Positions 1-9,310 of a DNA stretch of 64,000 nt are shown here, in pieces. The notes under the pieces were generated by a model. That model saw only the letters and a program-made list of their open reading frames with translations, was not told where the DNA came from and searched no databases. Numbering within the stretch: position 1 is the first letter of the stretch; every line of letters starts with the position of its first letter. Made by a program: the position numbers and the translations under genes. The DNA lies in the NCBI GenBank assembly GCA_021792135.1, contig JAJYVF010000015.1, positions 68,130 to 132,129 on the forward strand, written 5' to 3'. This DNA is from Acidobacteriota bacterium. GTDB lineage: Bacteria > Acidobacteriota > Terriglobia > Terriglobales > Acidobacteriaceae.

Positions 1-117
1 CGAATAACTCCTGCCGTCCCGCAGGATGACAAAATCCGCGTGCGCCAGAGAAACAGAAAAAAGCAACACAGCAACGGATAACAAGAGCGATTTCTTCACT
101 GCGTTCACGACTTTCAC
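1..117 (-). CDS. 5' end of a secreted-protein gene running off the window (partial)
   Basis: The reverse strand reads GTG(117) KVVNAVKKSLLLSVAVLLFSVSLAHA-DFVILRDG. This is signal-peptide-like: basic n-region, hydrophobic core, AHA site. GGGAG lies 9 nt upstream of the GTG. Only 39 codons are visible and it is not in the ORF track. Confidence 0.35.
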   Translation of the reverse strand, partial: MKVVNAVKKSLLLSVAVLLFSVSLAHADFVILRDGRSYS

Positions 118-248
118 CCGGCGAAGCTCCCTTGTACAAAGCCTGACGAGAATACCGGTTTGGACCGATCTGCCGGTATCTCGACCCCTGATACCTTCTC
201 ATACCGCGCAGACGGGTTTCAACGATTTCCTGACGGAGCGGGGGAGCC

Positions 249-279
249 CCGGACCGGCGAGGGGAGGACTCCGGTCCGG
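249..279 (-). terminator. Stem-loop just downstream of the alpha-galactosidase stop
   Basis: CCGGACCGG (249-257) and CCGGTCCGG (271-279) form a perfect 9-bp stem with a 13-nt loop, 7 nt past the stop at 286. No U-tract follows, so intrinsic-terminator function is uncertain. Confidence 0.35.
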
Positions 280-285
280 TCAAGC

Positions 286-1788
286 TTATTGCCGGCTTAC
301 TCTGAGCAGCAGCGTTCCATGGGAGGGCACCGTCGAGCTATAAGCCCCGTTGGTAAAGTTGACCTCTTTGTGCGCCCAAAGATCGCGGGCGCGGCCGACT
401 TGTCCGTGCAGGGGCAGGTCGGCGGCGACCACCCTGGCCTGAGCGGGCGAGGCGCCCAGGTTGACGACCCCAACGGCCACGCTGCCGTCGGCGAGGGGTT
501 TGATCCAGGTCTGAAGATTGCCGTGCGCGATGGGCGAAGCCTGTTTGCCGAGCGGGTCCTGATCGACGGCGATGACCTCGCGGTTGAGCAGGATGGCTTT
601 GGTGGCATCGGACATGTGGCGGATGTCGTTACCGGCCAGAAGAGGAGCGGCGGCAAGCGCCCAGAGACTCATGTGGGTGCGATACTCCGTGTCGGTCATG
701 CCGCCATTGCCGATCTCCAGCATGTCAGGGTCGTTCCAGTGGCCGGGTCCGGCGTAGGGGGCGGTGGGAACCTGCTTTTCGATGTTGTAGGTCATGCTGT
801 GCCAGGTGTCCCGGATGTCGTCGGTGGTACGCCAGAGGTTGGCGCCGGCAGCGGGCGCCCACTGCGCCGCGGTGATCTGGCCGATGCTGAGGCTGTAGAC
901 AATGGGGCGGCCGGTGGCCTCAAGCGCTTCGCCCATCTTCTGATAAACGGCCGCCTCCTGCGAATTCTTATAGATCATGCTTGCGCTGCACCAGTCGTAC
1001 TTCAGGTAGTCGACGCCCCAGGAGGCGAAAGTCCTCGCATCCTGCGCCTCGTGACCATAGCTGGCGGGATAGCCCGCGCAGGTGCGGGGGCCCGGCGAGG
1101 AATAGATGCCGAATTTGAGCCCTTTGGAGTGGACGTAGTCGGCGAGGGCCTTCATGTTGGGGAATTTGCTGTTGGGGCGGATATTGCCCTGAGCATCGCG
1201 AGTGCCTTCCCAGGTGTCATCGATGTTGATGTAGATGTAGCCGGCGTCGCGCATGCCGCTGGAAACCATGGCGTCGGCCATGGTGCGAATGATCTGATCG
1301 TTCACTTTGCCGGCGAAGAGATTCCAGCTGTTCCAGCCCATGGGCGGCGTTTTTGCCAGTCCGTTGTACGGGACTTTATGCAGCGGGGGAGGGGCGATGT
1401 AGGGCGGTACCGGAATCGTGTCGGTCGCCGTAGCCCGATGGGCCACCATGGGACCGCCCCACTGCTTCCAGTGCAGCTCTCCGTTGACGAGGTCACCGAT
1501 GAGGAAGGGCTTCGGGTCGGAGAAGCCGGCACCATGCAGCTCGATGTGATTGCCGGAAACCGTGCCGGTCACCTCCACGACAAAGCCGAGTTCCTCGAGC
1601 TTGCCGCTGAGCTGATTGCCGTTCTGCTTGAGCACCAGGAGGGCCTTTTCGACTTCGCCGTTGTCGAGAGTATTGCCGGTGGCGAACCAGCGTCCGGCGA
1701 CATTCTGGCAGAGGGCGGAAGAAGTGAGGAAGAGGAAGGAGAGGGCCAGTGCAGTCAGGGAGAGTTGTTTCATGAAGTTCTTGCGCAT
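286..1788 (-). CDS. Secreted alpha-galactosidase, glycoside hydrolase family 27
   Basis: 500-aa ORF with an N-terminal signal peptide (LTALALSFLFLTSSALC). GH27 motifs are PPMGWNSWN, YIYINIDDTWEG and VDYLKYDWC. ATG at 1788. Confidence 0.9.
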   Translation of the reverse strand: MRKNFMKQLSLTALALSFLFLTSSALCQNVAGRWFATGNTLDNGEVEKALLVLKQNGNQLSGKLEELGFVVEVTGTVSGNHIELHGAGFSDPKPFLIGDLVNGELHWKQWGGPMVAHRATATDTIPVPPYIAPPPLHKVPYNGLAKTPPMGWNSWNLFAGKVNDQIIRTMADAMVSSGMRDAGYIYINIDDTWEGTRDAQGNIRPNSKFPNMKALADYVHSKGLKFGIYSSPGPRTCAGYPASYGHEAQDARTFASWGVDYLKYDWCSASMIYKNSQEAAVYQKMGEALEATGRPIVYSLSIGQITAAQWAPAAGANLWRTTDDIRDTWHSMTYNIEKQVPTAPYAGPGHWNDPDMLEIGNGGMTDTEYRTHMSLWALAAAPLLAGNDIRHMSDATKAILLNREVIAVDQDPLGKQASPIAHGNLQTWIKPLADGSVAVGVVNLGASPAQARVVAADLPLHGQVGRARDLWAHKEVNFTNGAYSSTVPSHGTLLLRVSRQ

Positions 1789-2030
1789 CGGTGTTGTTCT
1801 CCGGATTCAGCGACACAAATAGGAACGATACAGTCCAACCCGAAATTCTCGTCGCCGAGACGGATTGTGTAAAGGGGAAGGTGCGAGGCGGAGCCGTTTT
1901 TGTCACCGGCGGCGATGACGGTCGCGACTCGACCGTGGAGTTACGCGCGCAGACCCGCCGGGATTTCGGCAGCAATCTGGCGGGACGGGATGGCCGCGAT
2001 TGTGCTGTTCGCGGGGAGGTGCGAGGCGCA

Positions 2031-2073
2031 GGATTCGAGAGGCTGGTTCAGGATTCGAGAGGCTGGTTCAGGA
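2031..2073. repeat. Perfect 20-bp tandem duplication (2.15 copies) spanning the stop codon of the adjacent CDS
   Basis: GGATTCGAGAGGCTGGTTCA at 2031-2050 is repeated exactly at 2051-2070 and followed by GGA. The stop TGA of ORF 2048..3295 (reverse strand) lies at the copy junction, 2048-2050. Confidence 0.95.
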
Positions 2074-3295
2074 AGACATCGAAAAGCTTTGCATAGAGCC
2101 CCCGGCGGGCGGTGAGGCGCGCGCCGCGCTCCCGCAGAAAGGCGAAGCGAAACGGCGAGCAGCGTTCGGCCTCACCGAGAAACTGCGGGGAAAAGAACTC
2201 GTGGGGCTCAGCGACAGCCATCAGGACGATTGAACGCCAGCTCATGCGGAGCAGGTCTTTGAGGGTGGCGTCGCCATGGGGGAGCTGGTCCATGAGAGCG
2301 GCGACCCGGCTGCTGAACTCAAGGAGCTGGAGGACGAGGGGGTCAAGGTCGTCTCCGCGGGCGGCTGCGCAGGAGAAGAGCGTGGCCGAGCCCTGGAGCA
2401 GATCTTCCCGGACGTCCTGGAGGTCGTCGCCAAGCTGCAGGAGGACACCCCACAGGAAGGAGAACCGGCTGGCTTCTTCGCTGAGGGAGCCGTGAACGAG
2501 GCACGCATCGGCGAGGACGGAGCTGCCGCCCTTGGCACAGCTTACAGTGAGGTCCGGGACGGAGGCGCGCAGGGATCCAGTCTGCTGGGCGATGCTTTGC
2601 TCCTGAGCGCGATGGATGGCGAGGAGGCAGTCGAAGAGCTGGGGGTAATCGCGGCGTGGGTACTGGCTTTCGATGAGCGCGACCAAGGTCCAGAGGGCGG
2701 CTTCGCTGTGGTTGTGGGGGGGCGACGTTTCGCCACACAGGCGCTCGCGAAAGCGGCGGCTGAAGCGTAGCTTTGCCTCGGGGGAGAGGTCTTCGCAGTC
2801 GAGGAGATTGTCGCTGTAGGGATAAAGGAGGCTGTAGGCGAGGATCGAGGGCGTGAGCTGCATGGGCGCGCCGAGCAGGGCCTGCAGACCTGCGGCGGTC
2901 CATGCGTTGCGGCAGGCCTGGGTGATACCGGCCATGCTGAGTTCGGCATCGAAACGTCGGGCCCACGCTGCCAGATCTGTGCCGATGGGGAGGAAACCCT
3001 GCGTGAGCAGACTGATGGCAGGCTCTTCGAGGCCGAGGGCCTCGGCGGCAAAGCGAGCGAAGGCGGCGAGGATGCGCTGCCGGGCGCGGGAGGGAGCGGC
3101 CGGGACAGGGGAAGATCGCCGAATTTCGCGGTCGACAGCATGGAGCGCCTGATCGTAGGCCTTTTCGCGTTGCTGCTGTTCTCTGACGGTGAAACGGGGT
3201 CCGTCCAGCTCGCGGCATCCGGCGCAGCTGCTCCAGACGGCGATGGTCTGCGCGGTCTGTGATTCGATCCAGTCCCAGTCGTAGCGATGGCCCAT
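2048..3295 (-). CDS. Hypothetical protein with class-I isoprenoid-synthase-like Asp-rich motifs
   Basis: 415-aa ORF with ATG at 3295 and a largely helical-looking composition. Two DxxxD-type motifs sit about 130 aa apart: LYPYSDNLLD and LQLGDDLQDVRED. This spacing resembles head-to-head or trans-prenyl synthase folds. Assigned by eye only. Confidence 0.45.
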   Translation of the reverse strand: MGHRYDWDWIESQTAQTIAVWSSCAGCRELDGPRFTVREQQQREKAYDQALHAVDREIRRSSPVPAAPSRARQRILAAFARFAAEALGLEEPAISLLTQGFLPIGTDLAAWARRFDAELSMAGITQACRNAWTAAGLQALLGAPMQLTPSILAYSLLYPYSDNLLDCEDLSPEAKLRFSRRFRERLCGETSPPHNHSEAALWTLVALIESQYPRRDYPQLFDCLLAIHRAQEQSIAQQTGSLRASVPDLTVSCAKGGSSVLADACLVHGSLSEEASRFSFLWGVLLQLGDDLQDVREDLLQGSATLFSCAAARGDDLDPLVLQLLEFSSRVAALMDQLPHGDATLKDLLRMSWRSIVLMAVAEPHEFFSPQFLGEAERCSPFRFAFLRERGARLTARRGLYAKLFDVFLNQPLES

Positions 3296-3440
3296 GCATT
3301 TAGCTTACGCAGAGCGGGGCCGGATAGTTGCCTGCGAACCGGGTGCGCGTGGAATCGCCGGGCGTCTTTTCGGGATCGTATCGGGACCCCGGAGGCCGAG
3401 GGAATGCGGTGTGGAGCCGAACCCCTGGGGGGTACCGCTA

Positions 3441-4445
3441 CTACCCCACCGCGGCGTGGCGCAGTTCGGCGACGATTTCGGCGGCGGCGCGGCGGGCTTC
3501 GTCTTCGCGGTTGGGTGGGAAGGAGATGGCACCGACCCGGGCGTGGCCTCCACCGCCGTAGCGTTCGCAGATGGTGGCGAGGTTGACCATGTCCTCCGGT
3601 TTGGTTTTCGTCCAGGGGTTGGAGCCGACGGCGACCTTGGTGCGGAAACTGGATTTGGAGAGGCCGATGGAATAAGTGGCCTCGGGATGGAGGTAGTAAG
3701 GGATGAACTTGTTGTATCCCTCGAGGGGCTGGTCGGTGATATCGAAGTAGATGGTGCCGTCTTTCGACTCGGAGCGCTCGCGGATGAGGTCGAGGGAGCG
3801 CTGGTGGCGTTCGAGGAGCGGCGGCAGAAGGCTGGCCACGAAGGGCTGCTCGATGACCTGCTGGAGCGGCATGCGGGTGAGCAGGGGGATGAGGCGGGGG
3901 ACGAAGCCGGGATCCTGCGTGGACTCGATGATGAGGGTGAGCTTCATAGCCGGGGCCGGCATTTCGACGGCGGCCTCGGGGCTTTCGTAGAGGGCGCCAT
4001 CGACAATGTCGGCCCAGCGAACGAGTTCGGCGACGGGAGCGGCATCGAAGCCGAAGCGCGTGGATGCGATGTGGGCGAGGAAACTGGTGCAGGAGATGTA
4101 GTGGGGGTCGTAGAAGCGGCGGTCGCGGTAGCGGCCGTCGGCCATACCCCGCAGGTAGTCCTCGTGATCCTCGGGAGTGAGGAAAGCGCTGAGGTGATGG
4201 TCGAACCACCAGGTGATATAGGGCGAGGCTGAATATTTGAAGTCGACGATGGCGTTTTCATCGCCGGTGAAGTCGGCTTCGTTGAAGAGCGCGCCGGCCC
4301 GGTGAACGAGACCGCAGTACTCGTAATCCGCGTCTCCGCGGATGCACTCGCGGTGGAACCGGCTGAACAACGAGGCCGAGCAGGCTCCGTCGAAACACTT
4401 GTCGTGATAGAAGACCCGCACCTTCAAAATTCGCGCCGCCCCCAA
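3441..4445 (-). CDS. DHH/DHHA1-family phosphoesterase
   Basis: 334-aa ORF with N-terminal HDKCFDGACSA, a DHH motif (WWFDHHLSAF) and a C-terminal DHHA1 GGGGHARVGA. The listed start at 4445 is TTG. TTG at 4427 or GTG at 4421 are alternatives. Confidence 0.8.
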   Translation of the reverse strand: MGAARILKVRVFYHDKCFDGACSASLFSRFHRECIRGDADYEYCGLVHRAGALFNEADFTGDENAIVDFKYSASPYITWWFDHHLSAFLTPEDHEDYLRGMADGRYRDRRFYDPHYISCTSFLAHIASTRFGFDAAPVAELVRWADIVDGALYESPEAAVEMPAPAMKLTLIIESTQDPGFVPRLIPLLTRMPLQQVIEQPFVASLLPPLLERHQRSLDLIRERSESKDGTIYFDITDQPLEGYNKFIPYYLHPEATYSIGLSKSSFRTKVAVGSNPWTKTKPEDMVNLATICERYGGGGHARVGAISFPPNREDEARRAAAEIVAELRHAAVG

Positions 4446-4563
4446 AAGCCGCCCGGAATCCCTGCGCCGGGTCGGGAATCTCTTAGATTACCGGGATGGG
4501 GCGCAGTGTCAAGCGCGCGATTTGCCGCTATCCGAAGAGCCCGGCTATAGTCGAAGGAGTACG

Positions 4564-4875
4564 ATGCGCGGCGTTGACTTCAGATCGCGAGTTTCCTGGG
4601 CATGGCTGCTGGGTGTGCTCTGCATCGCTCTGGTGCTGATGAGCGGGATGGTGCAGGCAGCGCATTTCCACGCGCTGGGCCAGGTGGATCACGACTGCGC
4701 GCTGTGCGTCGCGGCGCATCACATAGCACAGGCGCCGGCGGCGATCGTGCTGCTCTTCAGCAGCCGCGCGGTGGCGCGTGTGGCCGCGCCGAGAAGCATC
4801 CAGCATCCTCGCCGTCCCGTGTACTTCCGGCTCGTGAGCCGTCCTCCGCCCGTGGATTCCTGCCTTTTCGCCTGA
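4564..4875 (+). CDS. Small membrane-anchored His/Cys-rich protein (DUF2946-like), possible metal-binding partner of the downstream receptor
   Basis: ATG at 4564 is preceded by AAGGAG at a 6-nt spacing. One TM helix (WAWLLGVLCIALVLMSGMV) is followed by AAHFHALGQVDHDCALCVAAHH. The gene ends 43 nt before the TonB-dependent receptor gene. Confidence 0.6.
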   Translation: MRGVDFRSRVSWAWLLGVLCIALVLMSGMVQAAHFHALGQVDHDCALCVAAHHIAQAPAAIVLLFSSRAVARVAAPRSIQHPRRPVYFRLVSRPPPVDSCLFA

Positions 4876-4918
4876 CTCTTTCCACATCCGGGGTTGCTTA
4901 CATTTCAGGAGGTCGTGT

Positions 4919-7600
4919 ATGCGGACGGTGCTGCGTCGCGCCGGGGTGATTACATCACTTGCGCTGGCTTCGGCGCTGGTGGCTGCGCCGGCGGCGGCGC
5001 AGGCCGGAGCAACATCGGGAACGATTACGGGGACGGTAACGGATCCGACGGGGGCGGTGCTGCCCGGAGCCGCGGTGACGATTGAGAATCCGGTGAGCCA
5101 ATATGCGCGGACGACGACGACCGACAATGCCGGGCATTTCGACTTCACGAATGTGCCGTACAACTCGTATCACCTGACCGTGAAGATGGCGGGCTTCAGC
5201 GCTTTTGTCCACGACGTGGAGGTGCGCTCCAGCACGCAGGTGAACGTGCCGGCAACCCTGAGCGTGGGGACAGCGGCAACGACAGTGGAGGTGACGGGCC
5301 AGGATCTGATCAACAGCGCCGCGAACATGAACACGGACATCGACCGCAAGTCGTTTTCAAAAATTCCGCTGGAGAGCCAGTCGTCCGGGCTGAGTTCGCT
5401 GGTGACACTCTCGTCGCCCGGGGTCACGGCGGATTCGAACGGGATGTTTCACGGGCTGGGCGATCATGCAGAAAACTCGTTTTCGGTGGACGGGCAGCCG
5501 ATTACGGATCAGGTGAGCAAGACCTTCTCCAACGAGCTTCCGAATAATGCGGTGCAGTCGATGCAGGTAATCGAAGGCGCGCCGCCGGCCGAATACGGAG
5601 ACAAGACAAGCCTGGTGATCCAGGTGACGACCCGCTCGGGACAGGGCACGACGCGGCCCACGGGCTCGATTTACAGCAGCTATGGCAGCTTCGGGTCGAG
5701 TTCAGCCGGGTTCAACGTGGGGTACGGGAAGCAGAACTGGGGTAATTTCATCTCGGTGGACGGCCTGAATTCGGGGCGCTTTCTCGACTCACCCGAATTT
5801 GTGATTTTTCACGACAAGGGGAACGAGGAGAACATCTTCGACCGCATCGATTACACCATCGACACGGCGGACTCCGTGCACCTGAACCTGAATTATTCGC
5901 GGTCGTGGTTCCAGACGCCGAACACCTACGACAATCTGAACCTGGGAGGCGTGAACCTGGACGGCACGCCGGTGACGGGTCAGACGGATCAGCGGTCGCA
6001 GATCGGGACCTTCGATATTGCGCCGACCTATACGCGGATCGTGACGCAGAATTCCGTCTGGAATTTCGGCCCCTACATCCGCAAGGATGTGTACCACTAT
6101 TATCCGAGTGGGGATCCGTTCGCCGACCGGGGACCGGTGCAGCAGCAGAGCGTCGGGCAGGACCGCAGTCTGACCAACGCCGGCCTGCATACGGATATCT
6201 CTTATGTGAAGGGTGTCAATAACGTCAAAGCAGGCGTGGAATATAACCAGACCTTCCTGGACGAGAGCGATACGCTGGGGATCATAGCGCCGGGCTATCT
6301 GGCATCGCTGGGATGCATGACCGGCAATGTGCCGACGGCCGCCCCGTGCACCACGCTCTATCCTTACGACCTGACGCGTGGCGGCCACTCCTACGACTTC
6401 CTTGGACATACGGACGTGAAGGAGCTTGCGCTGTATATCCAGGACCAGATCACCGCGGGAAACTGGCACTTCAACGTGGGCATCCGGGGGGACATCTACA
6501 ACGGGCTGACGGATGCGACCCAGGCGGAGCCGAGGCTGGCGGGCTCCTATACGGTGAAGCAGACCAACACGGTGCTGCGCGGATCGTATGCGCGGACGCT
6601 GGAGACGCCCTTCAATGAGAATCTGGTTCTTTCCAGCCACGGATGCCTGAATCCGGTGGTGAATCCGCTGCTGGGATGCCAGGCGGGCAATTCGGGCGCG
6701 CTCTCGCCGGGTTATCGCAATGAGTATCACGCCGGATTCCAGCAGGTCTTCGGGACGCATTTCGTGGTGAGCGGGGAGTACATCTGGAAATACACGCGGA
6801 ACGCCTACGACTTCAGCGTGCTGGGGTACACACCCATCACGTTCCCGATCGAGTGGCAGCAATCGAAGATCCCAGGGTTTGCCCTGCGGGCCAATGTGAC
6901 GCCGGTGCACGGATTCAGCGCCTATGCGGTGATGTCGTCGGTAGCGGCGCGCTTCTTCCCGCCGCAGGTGGGCGGCGCGGGCGCAACCGTGGGGCAGACG
7001 GGGTATCCGTTCCGGATCGACCACGACGAGAAGTACAACGAAACAACGCATCTGCAGTACCAGCTGCCGGGAAGACGGATGCCCTGGTACAGCTTTAACT
7101 GGAGGTTCGACAGCGGCATGGTGGCGGGAGCTGTTCCCTGCTATCAGCCATTCTCGAACGATCCAAACAGCCCCTGCGGGACACCGGCAGCACCGACCTC
7201 CACGTTGCTGAACGGGCAGCCGGCGGTAATTCTGACCAGTCTGGACGCAGATGAGCAGTTCGAGGCAGGACTGAGGTGCAACGGCGTAAAAGCGACGCCG
7301 ACGCAGGCGCTGCCGGCGGTCTGCCTGGCTTCGGAACTGAGCTCAGAGTTGGTGCGGATTCCCGCTCCGGGAACCGGCAACAACGATCACAATCCGCAGC
7401 GCGTCCAGCCGCGCAGTCTTTTCGATATGTCGCTGGGGGAGGATAACCTCTTCCACGGGGATCACTATCAGTGGGGCGCGCAAATTACGGCCATCAACGT
7501 GGCGAACAAGTACGCGCTGTACAACTTCCTCTCCACGTTCAGCGGGACGCACTACGTCACACCCCGGTCGGTTTCCGCGCAGATCACGCTGCATTTCTAG
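4919..7600 (+). CDS. TonB-dependent outer-membrane receptor with N-terminal carboxypeptidase-regulatory-like domain
   Basis: 893 aa with a signal peptide. GTITGTVTDPTGAVLPGAAVTIENPVS...NAGHFDFTNVPYNSYHL matches the CarboxypepD_reg fold. A plug and a long beta-barrel follow, ending in a terminal ...ITLHF aromatic residue. AGGAGG RBS. Confidence 0.9.
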   Translation: MRTVLRRAGVITSLALASALVAAPAAAQAGATSGTITGTVTDPTGAVLPGAAVTIENPVSQYARTTTTDNAGHFDFTNVPYNSYHLTVKMAGFSAFVHDVEVRSSTQVNVPATLSVGTAATTVEVTGQDLINSAANMNTDIDRKSFSKIPLESQSSGLSSLVTLSSPGVTADSNGMFHGLGDHAENSFSVDGQPITDQVSKTFSNELPNNAVQSMQVIEGAPPAEYGDKTSLVIQVTTRSGQGTTRPTGSIYSSYGSFGSSSAGFNVGYGKQNWGNFISVDGLNSGRFLDSPEFVIFHDKGNEENIFDRIDYTIDTADSVHLNLNYSRSWFQTPNTYDNLNLGGVNLDGTPVTGQTDQRSQIGTFDIAPTYTRIVTQNSVWNFGPYIRKDVYHYYPSGDPFADRGPVQQQSVGQDRSLTNAGLHTDISYVKGVNNVKAGVEYNQTFLDESDTLGIIAPGYLASLGCMTGNVPTAAPCTTLYPYDLTRGGHSYDFLGHTDVKELALYIQDQITAGNWHFNVGIRGDIYNGLTDATQAEPRLAGSYTVKQTNTVLRGSYARTLETPFNENLVLSSHGCLNPVVNPLLGCQAGNSGALSPGYRNEYHAGFQQVFGTHFVVSGEYIWKYTRNAYDFSVLGYTPITFPIEWQQSKIPGFALRANVTPVHGFSAYAVMSSVAARFFPPQVGGAGATVGQTGYPFRIDHDEKYNETTHLQYQLPGRRMPWYSFNWRFDSGMVAGAVPCYQPFSNDPNSPCGTPAAPTSTLLNGQPAVILTSLDADEQFEAGLRCNGVKATPTQALPAVCLASELSSELVRIPAPGTGNNDHNPQRVQPRSLFDMSLGEDNLFHGDHYQWGAQITAINVANKYALYNFLSTFSGTHYVTPRSVSAQITLHF

Positions 7601-7624
7601 ACGCCTGGAAAGCCGCCTCGCGAT

Positions 7625-9198
7625 ATGCTGGGAACCGCATCTCGTGGGAGAAGAGGCGATCGATTGAGAAGAAGGGCAGTTCTGTCAGGACTGATGTGCG
7701 CGGCCGCGGCGCTGTGCTACCCGGCCGGCGTTCCGGGGCAGACGGCGGACTATAACCAGCCGTTCCGGCCGCAGGTGCACTTCTCTCCCCTGCGCAACTG
7801 GACGAACGATCCCAATGGACTGGTATATTTTCGCGGCGAATACCACCTCTTCTTCCAGTACAACCCGGAGGGAGACGAGTGGGGACACATGAGCTGGGGG
7901 CACGCGGTGAGCCGCGATCTGCTGCACTGGCGGCAACTGCCAGTGGCGATTCCGGAACAGAACGGGATCATGATCTTCACCGGGAGTGTGGTGATTGATC
8001 AGGACAATACCAGCGGATTCTGCGCGCATGGGGAGCCGTGCCTGGTGGCGATCTACACGGGGAACAGCCAGACGCCGGAAGGCGGGCGGCAGACGCAGAA
8101 CCTGGCGTACAGCCTGGATGACGGGCGCACGTGGACGAAGTATGCGAAGAATCCGGTGCTGGATCTGCGCCTCGCGGACTTTCGCGACCCCAGCGTGAGT
8201 TGGGATGCGGAGACGCATCGCTGGCACATGGCCGTGTCGCTGCCGCAGGAACACAGGATCAGCTTCTACTCGTCGCCGAACCTGAAGGAATGGACGCACC
8301 TCTCCGATTTCGGGCGCGCGGGCAATACGGCGGGAGCCTGGGAGTGCCCGGACCTTGTGCGCGTGCCTTTCGCGGACGGCAGGGGGTCGATGTGGGCGCT
8401 GAAAATTGGCATCAACCCTGGCGCGCTGCAGGGGGGGCGGGCGAGCAATACATCCTGGGCAATTTCGACGGAAGAGAATTTACGGCATCGGCGCAGCCCG
8501 GGGCTTACGGATGGACCAACTACGGCAAGGATGACTACTGCGCGATCAGCTTCAACGGGCTGCCCGCGGGCGAGCAGCCGATCCTGCTGGGCTGGATGAA
8601 CAACTGGCAGTATGCCGCGAAGATTCCCACGTCGCCATGGCGGGGACAGATGAGCCTTCCGCGGCGGCTTTCGCTGATCCGAGATTCGGATGGGCTGGCG
8701 CTGCGGCAGGAGCCGGTGATTGCAGCATTGCGCGGAAGAAGCATTGCGGTCGCGGACCTGATGAGGGGTGGTTCGCAGGCGGGCACGCTTGCCGCGCCCT
8801 ATGAGCTGGACCTGGATTTCGGCAGGCCGGCGGCGGGCAGCTTCGGCATTCGTCTCTTCTCGGACGACCACCGCTGGACGGAAATTGGGTTCGATACGGG
8901 CAGGATGGAGTTCTATATCGACCGGAGGCATGCGGGGCTGGAGGTGAGCCCGGATTTCCCGGTGCGGACGGCGGCTCCGCTGCGCCGGGAGCGGCCTTAC
9001 ACGGTGCGGCTGATCGTGGATCGGTCCTCGGTGGAGGCGTACGCGCAAGATGGAACAATTGCCATGACGGATCTGATTTATCCGCCTTCGCAGAGGGACA
9101 GGATCCGCAGCTTCTCATCCGACGAAGCGCATCCTGCGATCCGGGGTGAGGCATGGGAACTGCGATCCATCTGGCAGGCTGCGGCCGCAGGGCATTGA
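7625..9198 (+). pseudogene. Glycoside hydrolase family 32 (beta-fructofuranosidase/levanase-like), interrupted by a 1-nt frameshift in a G7 run
   Basis: The frame of ORF 7625..8599 carries WTNDPNG, FRDP and WECPD. The GH32 continuation (GEQYILGNFDGREF...WMNNWQYA...beta-sandwich) is in the frame of ORF 8131..9198. The switch maps to GGGGGGG at 8431-8437. One extra G would give ...ALQGGAGEQYILGNFDG. Confidence 0.85.
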
Positions 9199-9310
9199 GC
9201 GGCAGCGGTGGCTGGACCCGGAGGTAGAGCAGGTCCGCCGCAGATGATTCGGAACGGTCGCCGGAGTTTCGATTTTTACCGACGCAGTGCCCACCTCATG
9301 CGCAGGCCGT

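Noticed and set aside
26-343. 105-aa plus-strand ORF at the window start.
   Set aside because: It overlaps the alpha-galactosidase 3' end and its terminator hairpin. No motif is present. A better signal-peptide ORF exists on the opposite strand (1-117).
2519-2536. TGGCAC-containing sigma-54-like motif.
   Set aside because: It lies inside a coding region, the spacing and the GC element do not fit TGGCAC-N5-TTGC, and there is no enhancer-binding protein nearby.
8431-8437. Programmed ribosomal frameshift in the GH32 gene.
   Set aside because: There is no slippery heptamer plus downstream structure, and no precedent in GH32 genes. A simple homopolymer indel explains it.
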